A stretch of 30,929 nt of DNA from an uncultured virus (IMG/VR IMGVR_UViG_3300014205_000009). Taxonomy: Duplodnaviria; Heunggongvirae; Uroviricota; Caudoviricetes. Location: positions 62,001 through 92,929 of the IMG/VR virus record IMGVR_UViG_3300014205_000009; one strand, given 5' to 3'. The notes beneath the pieces were generated by a model. It was not told where the DNA came from. It saw only the letters and a program-made list of their open reading frames with translations, and did not search any database. Position 1 is the stretch's first letter, and each line of letters opens with the position of its first letter. Positions 17,075-24,987 of the stretch are shown in pieces. The translations under genes were made by a program, and so were the position numbers.

Positions 17075-18204
17075 GCGGCAGCGCCGGGAATCCGGACGGG
17101 CATGAGGAGGTAGGTGAGGCCGGTGTTGGCGCCTGCCTCGCCCGCGGGGCGGCAGGTGGCGGGCCGGTTGGGGTTGGTGAACTCGAACCGTGCCCGCGCG
17201 GTCGGGAGGCTGGTGAGCGCGTCGAGGACGTAGGCGGGGTTGAACGCGATCCGCAGCTCCGCCCCCTCCACCAGGGCGGGGATGGATTCCTCCGCCGATC
17301 CGAGGTCGTCGCCGCCCGCGGTCAGCCGGATGCCCTCGCCGTCGATGTTGAGGATCGCCTGCGCTGCCCGGCCCGCCACGAGGGCGACGCGCTTCAACGC
17401 GGCTGCGAGCTCGGAAACTTCGACCTCGGCGGCGGTGTCGTGCTGGGTGGGGATGAGCTGGCGGAAGCGGGGGAACTCCGCATCCAGGAGTCGGGTGGTG
17501 GCGCGACGGCCTGCGGCGGTGAACCCGACCATGCCCGAATCGCCGAGGCTGATGTCGACGGTGCCTGCGGTGGACAGGGACTTGGCCATCTCCGCGAGGG
17601 TGCGGGCGGGAAGGAGCATCGCCGCCGACACGTCGGGGGTGTCGGGGCTCCATCCGAACTCGCGGACCGCCAGCCGGAACCGGTCGGTGGCGGCCATCGT
17701 GATCCGCTCCCCGTCCACCTCCAGGCGGACACCGGTGAGCATCGGCAGGGAGTCGTCGCGGCCGGCGGCCATCGTCACCTGCCCCACAGCGGCAGCCCAC
17801 ACATCCCCGGGAACCGTGCCGGTGCGGTCGGGCATCGGAGGCAGGGCCGGGTACTCGTCGACGGGCATCAGGGGGAGGGAGAAGCGGGAGGAGCCGCACA
17901 CGAGTGTCATGCGGGCGCCGTCGGCGGTGAGGTCGACAGGCTTGTCGGGGAGGCTCTTGGTGATGTCCGCCAACAGCCGGCCCGACACCAGGACCCGCCC
18001 GGGCTCCCCGACGGTGGCGTCCAGCTCGACACGCGCGGACGTCTCATAGTCGAACCCGGACACGATCAGGCCGTCCACGGTGCCGTGAGTGTCCGCGGCC
18101 AACAGCAGACCACCCAACACAGGGACGGGCGGCCGGGCAGGCAAGGCTCTCGACACCCAGTGGGCTGCGGCGGCAAGAGTCTTCGCTTCGATACGGGTCT
18201 TCAC
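17071..18204 (-). CDS. dnaN: DNA polymerase III beta sliding clamp (phage copy)
   Basis: LPARPPVPVLGG, SGFDYETS, EPGRVLVSGRLLADITKSLP, AATDRFRLAV, LLDAEFPRFRQL, IAFNPAYVLD, YLLMPVR. Confidence 0.96.
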   Translation of the reverse strand: MKTRIEAKTLAAAAHWVSRALPARPPVPVLGGLLLAADTHGTVDGLIVSGFDYETSARVELDATVGEPGRVLVSGRLLADITKSLPDKPVDLTADGARMTLVCGSSRFSLPLMPVDEYPALPPMPDRTGTVPGDVWAAAVGQVTMAAGRDDSLPMLTGVRLEVDGERITMAATDRFRLAVREFGWSPDTPDVSAAMLLPARTLAEMAKSLSTAGTVDISLGDSGMVGFTAAGRRATTRLLDAEFPRFRQLIPTQHDTAAEVEVSELAAALKRVALVAGRAAQAILNIDGEGIRLTAGGDDLGSAEESIPALVEGAELRIAFNPAYVLDALTSLPTARARFEFTNPNRPATCRPAGEAGANTGLTYLLMPVRIPGAAA

Positions 18205-18273
18205 GGGATGGGCTCCAGGTGGGTAGGAGTACCGGCGACATGGGCGGTGCCACCGGGTTGTGGGCTGGAACGG

Positions 18274-18576
18274 CTAGCAGATCGGCGGGAAACGGAACGG
18301 ACGCAGAACAGGCGAGGACACCAGGTCGGTGTACCGGAACCGCCCAGCTCCCAACGCGGCCTTGTTCGTCGTCGCTTCCAGCGCCTGCTCGTCCACGATG
18401 ATCAGGTGGTCGTCGGAGACGATCGGCGAGGCGATCACCGTGAACTGCCCTGCGAGGCCGCGGGCGTCGACGTAGCCCTTGCAGCGAGACTCGTTCTCGG
18501 GCGAGCACAGCACTGTGCGGCGGGCGTCGGTCAGCACCTGCATCCAAAATCGGACGTCGGTCAGCGCGTCGCTCAT
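18274..18576 (-). CDS. hypothetical protein
   Basis: ATGA overlap at start; MSDALTDVRFWMQV... Confidence 0.7.
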   Translation of the reverse strand: MSDALTDVRFWMQVLTDARRTVLCSPENESRCKGYVDARGLAGQFTVIASPIVSDDHLIIVDEQALEATTNKAALGAGRFRYTDLVSSPVLRPFRFPPIC

Positions 18577-18869
18577 TCGGGTTGCCACTTCCCGTCGACT
18601 TCGGCAAAGCACAACAGCCCAGGATCGAAATCGGAACTCAGCCCAAACTCCTGGCAGACACTGTCACCGGCCCGCACGGACAGGGGCTGGCCACGCCACA
18701 GGATCGCCTCGTCGCCGACAGGGCGGGCGACCAAGCGCACGAGACCGTCGAAGCGGGCAGGGACACCGACGGTGATCCGGCCGGTACGCGCCGGGTCCAT
18801 AGCCGACGCGGTGTGCCACTCGGTGGGTTCGGCCCCGTCGTACTCCAGGGCGACTTCCATCCTGATCAT
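18573..18869 (-). CDS. hypothetical protein
   Basis: GGAGG RBS; coupled on both sides. Confidence 0.7.
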   Translation of the reverse strand: MIRMEVALEYDGAEPTEWHTASAMDPARTGRITVGVPARFDGLVRLVARPVGDEAILWRGQPLSVRAGDSVCQEFGLSSDFDPGLLCFAEVDGKWQPE

Positions 18870-19330
18870 TCGGGCCTCCAGGAGTCCTGGTATCCGTCCC
18901 TACCGGCATACGGCAAAGCCAGCAGCCGCACCGTCAGGCACGGCCACAGCACCGGGCTCGAACCCCCATGGGTTGGGTAGCCCCACTCGCCTCGGACGCA
19001 CACCGCGCAGTCGCCGTCGTTCATGTTGTAGTGCACCTCGATGATGCGGCGCTTGGCTGCGACCTCAGCCAACACGCGAGCCGGCTGCCAACGCTCGACA
19101 TGCCCGACGATCTGCCCCAACGTCGGGGCGTCGACCCCGGTCGGCATCGTCGGCCACTGCTCCAGCCGCGTCACCTCCCAGAACGACGGCCCATCGGCCA
19201 CGATCCGGGCCATGTAGCCGCGGTCCGCGATTTCCCATGTCCCGGGGTAGAACTCGGCCATCAGGTTGGCCGTGCGCTCATCGGAGTCCAGACAGGCGGA
19301 CAGCCACTCCACCAACGACGGCTCAGCCAC
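18866..19330 (-). CDS. DUF6221-family protein
   Basis: LVEWL.ACLD.DE...HVERWQPARVLAEVAAKRRII...WPC.TVRLLALPYA...Y..SWRP. Confidence 0.88.
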   Translation of the reverse strand: MAEPSLVEWLSACLDSDERTANLMAEFYPGTWEIADRGYMARIVADGPSFWEVTRLEQWPTMPTGVDAPTLGQIVGHVERWQPARVLAEVAAKRRIIEVHYNMNDGDCAVCVRGEWGYPTHGGSSPVLWPCLTVRLLALPYAGRDGYQDSWRPE

Positions 19331-19730
19331 GACGGCGCTCCAACACTTCCCGCGCCCGGGCGCGGTCCAAGTCCGTGAGCGGTGTCGGATACCCGGCCCG
19401 CTCATGGATGCGCTCGTACATGCCGTCGAGGATGAGGTCGACCTGTACCTCACCCCAGTCGATCGGGCCGACAAGATCGGTCAGCCCCATGATCTTGTGG
19501 ACAGCGAAGTCGCACTGCATCGACCAGGATCCGTTGAGCGCGCTGCGGCGGGCGTTCTGCAGCTCGTTCCATGCGCAGGCGAGGAGGTGACGGAGCGCCG
19601 CATCTGCGGTGGCGTACTCCTCCTGGTCGTTGTACTCGTTCATCGCCTGGTCAACCGACTCGTTCAGCGTCTTCGGTCGCCACCGCTCCGCCAAGTCGGC
19701 TGCGGTCAACTCCACGTACTCCCCGCTCAT
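19323..19730 (-). CDS. hypothetical protein
   Basis: GGAGGAG RBS; ATGA overlap. Confidence 0.75.
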   Translation of the reverse strand: MSGEYVELTAADLAERWRPKTLNESVDQAMNEYNDQEEYATADAALRHLLACAWNELQNARRSALNGSWSMQCDFAVHKIMGLTDLVGPIDWGEVQVDLILDGMYERIHERAGYPTPLTDLDRARAREVLERRRG

Positions 19731-19963
19731 GTCGTCTCCTCCGGTCCGCCGCACACCGTGCACGGACGCTCAGGACCGAACACATCCCGACCGTTGTCGT
19801 CCTTCGAGATGGTGCGCACCAGGTGCCCCCAGCGGCTGGAGCCGATCGCCTGCAGCGTCACCGTCCCTGCGTCATCGACCGACACGACCTCACCGAAGTA
19901 GCGCCGGCCGCCCACAACCTCGATCCCGACACGATGCCCGGGCTGCAACCCGCCAACGTTCAC
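19727..19963 (-). CDS. hypothetical protein
   Basis: GGAGG RBS; GTGA overlap; beta-rich N-terminus and CxxC. Confidence 0.65.
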   Translation of the reverse strand: MNVGGLQPGHRVGIEVVGGRRYFGEVVSVDDAGTVTLQAIGSSRWGHLVRTISKDDNGRDVFGPERPCTVCGGPEETT

Positions 19964-20196
19964 GACGCCACCTCCGCGTGCTCGCACGGCCACGCCTGCG
20001 AGAAAGCCACGTCACCAACCTCGAACCCGGCGTTCGTGCACTGCCCACACACGATCCCCTCATCGGTAGGGCACTCGAACCCGTCGTGGTCGCAGGACTC
20101 CTCCATGCAGTCCCGGAACACCAGCGCCGGGATGATGATCGGATAGTGCTGCGGGCCACCGAGACCGTCGTGAGGCTGCGTCGGCCACTCGGTCAT
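19960..20196 (-). CDS. small Cys-rich hypothetical protein
   Basis: C...CDH...C...CGQC...WPC; coupled on both sides. Confidence 0.7.
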   Translation of the reverse strand: MTEWPTQPHDGLGGPQHYPIIIPALVFRDCMEESCDHDGFECPTDEGIVCGQCTNAGFEVGDVAFSQAWPCEHAEVAS

Positions 20197-20675
20197 GACG
20201 TCACCGCCGCGCATCGACGGGCTGCCGTGTGCAGCACCTTCCACGGCAGCAGCGGCATCCCCGGGGTGTCGTGGATCGCCTCCAGCAGCTCCTCGTGCCG
20301 GTCACCGGAAGCCGGCCATTCGCCTCCGATGCCGTCCCGATGCGGATGACCAGGCCCCAACACGCACTCCCCACCCACACCGTTCGGGCCAGACACGTCC
20401 CCGCACAGCCGGTCGATCGGGTAGACGGGCTCATGCCGCTTCGCCAGGTGGGTGCGCAACGCCTGGTAGGCGCCCTCGCCCTCCATCTCGGGGGTGCCAT
20501 GGCGGGCGAGGAGTTCGACGGTGCGGTTGACGTCGTCCCGCAGCGAGCGGGCAGCCCCCGACTCCTCCCGCAACTCTGACAACGCCGCCGCCACGTCCTC
20601 GGCCCGCACCCGGATGTGCCCATCCAACGTGGCCTGGGAGAGGGCGTCACGGAGACGATCCACCGAGCCGGTCAC
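20193..20675 (-). CDS. hypothetical protein
   Basis: GTGA overlap; CG.....CVL.PGH.H motif. Confidence 0.7.
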   Translation of the reverse strand: MTGSVDRLRDALSQATLDGHIRVRAEDVAAALSELREESGAARSLRDDVNRTVELLARHGTPEMEGEGAYQALRTHLAKRHEPVYPIDRLCGDVSGPNGVGGECVLGPGHPHRDGIGGEWPASGDRHEELLEAIHDTPGMPLLPWKVLHTAARRCAAVTS

Positions 20676-21334
20676 GCCGCACCGTCCAGGGCTGCGATCG
20701 TCGGACACGGCCAGTCATTCGACACCGTGCAGAACGGGTCCCCGGTGTCGCAGTGGTTGCACATCTGGCGGGGGCCGCTCGTCGTCTCGACCGTGGTCGC
20801 GAAGTGAAGCGTGCGCACCGCCTCTGCCTGGGCGCGGAGCCGCCCAACCTCATCCGCCGCCCCAGCCGCGCCCGCCTCCCCTTGTGCAGAGCATCGGGCG
20901 GTCAGCGCCAACATCCCCGGCTCGGACCGCAACGCGGACAGCACGTCCGCCAGTGGCACCCCCAGCGCGCGGGCGGCCGAAGCCAGCGCCTTCGCGCGCA
21001 CCGGCTCGCCCGACGTCAGCCGGCGCCACGTCATCGGCGCAACGCCGTGCGCAGCAGCAGCCTCCGCCGGCAACCAGCCGTGATCGTCCTGCACCTGCAG
21101 CAGCAGCCTGCCAAGAGCGACGCGGCGGTCCCGGTCGGGACCGTCCAGGAAACTCTCCACCTCCCGTACGTCCGCGCCGTCGAACACGACGTTCCCTGAC
21201 GAGTCCGACAGGTGGATGCGCCCGAAATCGGAGGCGCCAGGGTCCATCCTGCGGACCTTCTGGAACATCAGACCGCGGCGGGCCGCGACCCGGCGGAGAC
21301 GGTTCTCCAGCACCTTCTGCGGCCCGTCGCTCAC
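20672..21334 (-). CDS. three-module protein: small phage domain, XRE-like HTH, H/CxxC/WPC module
   Basis: ENRLRRVAARRGL..QK.RR.DP; EAAAAHGVAPMTWRRL..GEPV...LASAARALGV; AVRTLH...CNHC...WPCPTIAALD. Confidence 0.75.
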   Translation of the reverse strand: MSDGPQKVLENRLRRVAARRGLMFQKVRRMDPGASDFGRIHLSDSSGNVVFDGADVREVESFLDGPDRDRRVALGRLLLQVQDDHGWLPAEAAAAHGVAPMTWRRLTSGEPVRAKALASAARALGVPLADVLSALRSEPGMLALTARCSAQGEAGAAGAADEVGRLRAQAEAVRTLHFATTVETTSGPRQMCNHCDTGDPFCTVSNDWPCPTIAALDGAA

Positions 21335-21780
21335 GCCACACCGTCCAGGGCCCGCCGCGTCGCACACGGCCAATCCCCTGCGCAGTGCAGACACTGGGCG
21401 GACCCGTCATCCCCGGGTGTCGTGACCTTGACGCCGTGCAGCTTCCGGACCCGTTCAATGGCGGCCTCTGCGCCGCCTGCACCGGCGGACAGGACGTGAC
21501 GGATCGCCCGAGCTGCCTGCCGAAGCCCCGCCGCATAGCCCTTGATCTCCGCCGCATTGGTCGCGTCGATGTCCACCCCTTGTGTGTCCTCCAAGGTGGC
21601 AGCAGCGATCTTGTCGAAGCCAGATGGCAGCTCGGCGACGTTCGCGACCTGCGTGCACGCCGTATCCGCGATGATTCGGAGGGCCAGCACCTCACGGGCT
21701 AGGACCGAACCCTCCTGGAGCTTCAACGCGCGCTCAACGTCCTCAGGCCGGCGACGTCGTTCCATCGCGTTCCCGCTCAC
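21331..21780 (-). CDS. hypothetical protein with C-terminal H/CxxC/WPC module
   Basis: AIERVRKLH...CLHCAGDWPCATRRALDG. Confidence 0.75.
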   Translation of the reverse strand: MSGNAMERRRRPEDVERALKLQEGSVLAREVLALRIIADTACTQVANVAELPSGFDKIAAATLEDTQGVDIDATNAAEIKGYAAGLRQAARAIRHVLSAGAGGAEAAIERVRKLHGVKVTTPGDDGSAQCLHCAGDWPCATRRALDGVA

Positions 21781-22331
21781 GCCGTCACCCCCGCTGCGGT
21801 GGTCTCCACAAGCCCAGACGGGGCGGCGTCCAGGCCGCCCTTGCCCGACGCCCCCGCAGCCGCGTGCGCCAACCCCGGCCGCACAGACTCGCGGACCACC
21901 ACATCCCCGGAAGCCCGGCGCTGCACCGGAACCTGCGGGCGAACCTTTCGGGACCCCCGGAAAATGGCCTGTGCCCGCCGCCGGCCCCCGATCGTGGACG
22001 GGACAGGGGGCAAGACGCGGGGACGAGCCATCGCAGCCGCTACGGCGCTCTCAGCCGCCGTAATCTCCGCCACCACCACCGCGTGCTCCGTCGAGTGGTC
22101 GCACGACCGGTACGGCGACACCGGAATATGCGTCGCCGGATCCCACCGCTGCCCCGACCGGTCACACATCCCGCACCGGCGCAGCACCCACTCCGCCGCA
22201 CCAGCGCAGCTGTCGCACTCGGCAACCGCGAGACTCGACGGGACACCCCGATGCTCACGGCACCGAGGCTCGGACGGATCGAACGGGCGAGGCTGGGTGA
22301 CCTCTGCGTTCAACGACTGCGACTCGATCAT
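21777..22331 (-). CDS. Zn-finger protein resembling the C-terminal domain of actinophage replication initiators
   Basis: P.EPRCREH...CDSC...CGMCD.SG...CDH; own RBS AAGGAAG before ATG 22331. Confidence 0.7.
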   Translation of the reverse strand: MIESQSLNAEVTQPRPFDPSEPRCREHRGVPSSLAVAECDSCAGAAEWVLRRCGMCDRSGQRWDPATHIPVSPYRSCDHSTEHAVVVAEITAAESAVAAAMARPRVLPPVPSTIGGRRRAQAIFRGSRKVRPQVPVQRRASGDVVVRESVRPGLAHAAAGASGKGGLDAAPSGLVETTAAGVTA

Positions 22332-22576
22332 GGGCTGCGCTTCCTTCCGGGAGCTGATCAACGCGCGCGTGCGGGTGGTGGGTCGACTTTCAGACTTGAG
22401 TTTGGTTCGGGACCACTCGGTCAGTCGGGTATCTGTCCGTCAGTGGCAAGGACGTCGCGGTGTAGTTCCGCGATGTCCGCGGCAGCCGGGGAGCGGAGCG
22501 ACCCGTGCAGTTGCAGTTGTAGTTGGGGCTAAGCGGAGCGAGCCCTCTATCTGTTCTCTGTGTGTGTGCTCTCTAA

Positions 22577-22668
22577 GAACCCTGGAATCCCGAATCCGGT
22601 CCAGCCGAATCCGGGTGAGCCGAGTTCGGGATTCCAGGGATCGGCCCGAAGACGGGATTCCAGGGTTC
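22577..22668. repeat. iteron-like repeats, candidate replication origin
   Basis: GAACCCTGGAATCCCG (22577-22592) inverted exactly at 22653-22668; a further inverted copy at 22625-22639; CGAATCCGG twice. Confidence 0.7.
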
Positions 22669-22673
22669 GGCAG

Positions 22674-23054
22674 CTAGTTCCGGGCTGCCAGGTGCTCGGC
22701 CATCGCCGCCGCGACCCGGACCGGGTTATCCCCGTACATCCACAGCCACGACCAGGTGCCGGTCTCTTTGTTCTGGATGCGCTTCCGCGCCAGGTAGCCG
22801 ACACGTTCGAGCTCGGCCAGGGCGGTCTCAATGGCGTCCCGACCCTCGGCGCCAGGCCGGCGCTTCTGGTCGGTTGGGCCGCGACGAGAGGATGCGATGC
22901 GGGTAGCACTGGTCTTCCACCCCTCAGGCCGTGACAGGAGGTCGACCAGGACCCCGAGCGCCCGGAACGAGATGCGGGAGTCCTGCAGCACCTCTCGCGG
23001 GATGATCTCGAAGTTGTTAGTGCGCGTGTCGAACGTCTGGACGCCCTCGCTCAC
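22674..23054 (-). CDS. replication initiator N-terminal winged-HTH protein
   Basis: NFEIIPREVLQDSRISFRALGVLVDLLSRPEGW...EGRDAIETALAELERVGYL.R. Confidence 0.88.
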   Translation of the reverse strand: MSEGVQTFDTRTNNFEIIPREVLQDSRISFRALGVLVDLLSRPEGWKTSATRIASSRRGPTDQKRRPGAEGRDAIETALAELERVGYLARKRIQNKETGTWSWLWMYGDNPVRVAAAMAEHLAARN

Positions 23055-23809
23055 CGGGCACCCCCAGCGGTGGGGCGCTGGGCGCTGGCCTTGGCCTTGC
23101 TGATGTGGTCGACGCGGTGGGATGGCGGCTTCGGTGGGTGATTCTGTGGGGGGTTGAGGCGATCGATGTCGTCCCGTTCGAGGGTGTAAGCCGCCTGGCG
23201 ATCAGGGCAGCCCTTAGCGGTCCAGCGATGCCAGGTCATGCTGCGACGAGCCTCGGCGTGCTGCGCCATGCGGTTCGCGAAGTGCTTGGTGCTGCCGACG
23301 TAGGCGATGTCGCCGGCCTTGTCCCAGGCGAAGTAGACAACCGACTGATCCTTGGCGGGAATCGCGGCAGCGGAGGTGACAGGCCAGGAACCGGACCACT
23401 CCTCTCCCGTGTAGCTGGCCCGCTCGCGGCGCTTGGCTTCGGCAGCGGCCCGGCGATCTGCTTCTCGTTCCTCAGCGGTTCGGAGGTTGCTGAGGTGCGC
23501 GCGGTACTCATCGACGGTGAGGATCAGACCGTGCTGGGCGAGCCCGAAAATCCAGAGGTTCGCCTGGTAGAGACTGCCCGCCCAAACCTCATCCGCGAGT
23601 CGCTGAAGGTCGGCGGCCTCGCCTCGCTGGTACCAGCGCCCGATGTGCAGGTAGGTGTGCAGCTCCTCGACGCTGAGCCGTTCGATCAGCTCGTGGGCGA
23701 CGTCGATGACGGGGAAGACGCGGGTTCGCACGACACGCTGTTGGAGGGGGAAGGGGACGGCCAGTCCACGGAGGTCCGCGGCGGTGCTGGCCTCGACGGG
23801 GGCGCTCAT
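23051..23809 (-). CDS. GIY-YIG nuclease domain protein
   Basis: VVYFAWD...IAYVGST..F.NR..QH...A..LE...I....PPQN; GAGG RBS. Confidence 0.85.
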   Translation of the reverse strand: MSAPVEASTAADLRGLAVPFPLQQRVVRTRVFPVIDVAHELIERLSVEELHTYLHIGRWYQRGEAADLQRLADEVWAGSLYQANLWIFGLAQHGLILTVDEYRAHLSNLRTAEEREADRRAAAEAKRRERASYTGEEWSGSWPVTSAAAIPAKDQSVVYFAWDKAGDIAYVGSTKHFANRMAQHAEARRSMTWHRWTAKGCPDRQAAYTLERDDIDRLNPPQNHPPKPPSHRVDHISKAKASAQRPTAGGAR

Positions 23810-23859
23810 GCGGCGGCCTCGTTCCGGACACGGGAACGGGCACAGGTGACAGGGGTCAC
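23806..23859 (-). CDS. putative 17-aa leader peptide
   Basis: AGGAG-N8-GTG, MTPVTCARSRVRNEAAA; TGA overlaps the GIY-YIG ATG. Confidence 0.4.
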   Translation of the reverse strand: MTPVTCARSRVRNEAAA

Positions 23860-23906
23860 GAAGAACACTCCTGGGCTACGGAGCAACGGGTAGGTGGGCT
23901 CAAACC

Positions 23907-24299
23907 GGCCTGGGCGGGCACGATCCGACATCTCATTCAATTCTCGGCACAGCTGGGTAACCACCAACGATGCCATACGCCCCCGAAAGGGAACACGCAC
24001 AGGTGGCGAAGGTGACGTTCGGTACCCCACACGGCGGCAACGACACGCCCACAAGCACAGTAAGTGATTAGGCCCCGCGACAGCCGCCCCTCCACGTGTC
24101 ATCATTGCCTGCGCGACAGCACCACAGCGGCTAGCTACCGCTTCGCTGACGCCGCCCCACCACGCGCACAGCATGATCCTGGGTAGGAGCATGCGACCGT
24201 CGCAGGTGAGGCGTGAAGCCAAGGAGGCGACTGCAGCGCTGGACTGGCTCGGGGCGGCCGGACTGGGATGGGCTCCTGGTTCCGGCCGCCCACCTTTTT
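23907..24299 (+). ncRNA. candidate structured RNA antisense to the leftward operon leader
   Basis: GNRA-capped stems on + strand (GTAA 23957-60, GAAA 23985-88, GCAA 24037-40); closing helix 23911-16/24046-51; downstream terminator. Confidence 0.4.
24252..24299 (+). terminator. intrinsic terminator-like hairpin
   Basis: GGGCGGCCGGA...TCCGGCCGCCC (11 bp) then ACC-TTTTT; inner stem has G-U pairs only on + strand. Confidence 0.6.
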
Positions 24300-24485
24300 G
24301 TGGGGTTGGGTTGCGGCGCACAGGGTTGCGCGGGTGTGGCGGCGCGTCGCGTTGCGGACGCGCCGAGACCTCATCTATGGTCACGGCTAGTACCTCCGCG
24401 CGTCTCCCCCGTTCGCCGGCAAGCTTCTGGGGAGGCGCGCGTTTTCTATTGTCGGGGTCAAGTCGATCAGTCAGTGGCGCGGACA

Positions 24486-24548
24486 CTACTCGACATAGGT
24501 GGGATCTTCGGGGCGCGACACGCCCCACGTCCGCACTACGTCAGATAG
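24486..24548. promoter_or_regulatory. two candidate operator boxes (CTAC-N5-RTAG)
   Basis: CTACTCGACATAG (24486-24498) overlapping leftward -10 TAGTGT; CTACGTCAGATAG (24536-24548) upstream of rightward -10 TACGCT (24561-24566). Confidence 0.55.
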
Positions 24549-24572
24549 ACATTCAGCGGTTACGCTCCCCCT

Positions 24573-24947
24573 GTGGCACAGGACCGGTACTCGCAGGTGC
24601 GCATCCCCGAGGAGATGCACATCGAGCTGAAGAGGAAGGCCGAGGAGCGCGGGCACCCGCTCTCATTCCTTGCCCGCATGGCCATCTCGACCGCCGCCCG
24701 TCTCGTCGTCGAGGGGCATGGGGGTGTGCTCCCGAAGGAGTCCCCTTCGCTCGACGCGGGCTGGAAGAACGTGCAGTGGGCGGAGACCAAGGAAGACGCC
24801 GCCGAGGCCGTCGCCCTGATCGGGCGCGCAGGATCGTCCAGGCCGGCGGTGATGGCGTGGTTCGTCCAGGCGTACCTGGAGGCGGACGGGAGCCTCGTGC
24901 GGATGAACTGGCCGTTTCCCGGGCATTCTCTCTCCGACGCGGCCTGA
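24573..24947 (+). CDS. ribbon-helix-helix (Arc/CopG-like) regulator, possibly tandem RHH
   Basis: YSQVRIPEEMHIELKRKAEERGHPLSFLARMAI; second strand-helix-helix-like segment KNVQW...SRPAVMAWFVQAYL; leaderless GTG 6 nt after TACGCT. Confidence 0.8.
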   Translation: MAQDRYSQVRIPEEMHIELKRKAEERGHPLSFLARMAISTAARLVVEGHGGVLPKESPSLDAGWKNVQWAETKEDAAEAVALIGRAGSSRPAVMAWFVQAYLEADGSLVRMNWPFPGHSLSDAA

Positions 24948-24951
24948 CAGG

Positions 24952-24980
24952 TAGACCTACGTGACGTAGTGCGCTACACT
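24952..24980 (+). promoter_or_regulatory. leaderless promoter with operator in spacer
   Basis: TAGACC-N17-TACACT, ATG 7 nt downstream; dyad CTACG-TGA-CGTAG at 24957-24969. Confidence 0.65.
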
Positions 24981-24987
24981 CTCCTGC

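Noticed and set aside
17029..19044. 671-aa plus-strand ORF, and many other long antisense ORFs (e.g. 20494-21702)
   Set aside because: Shadow frames of well-supported minus-strand genes such as dnaN in high-GC DNA; Arg/Gly/Pro-rich with no motifs
22440..22676. Stop-codon read-through or recoding joining the two Rep halves
   Set aside because: Two different in-frame stops (TAG and TGA) intervene, TAG and TGA end other genes normally, and the downstream half has its own RBS
23806..24528. 240-aa minus-strand ORF across the switch region
   Set aside because: Low-complexity translation, no recognisable domain, overlaps candidate operators and hairpins; only the last 17 codons have an RBS
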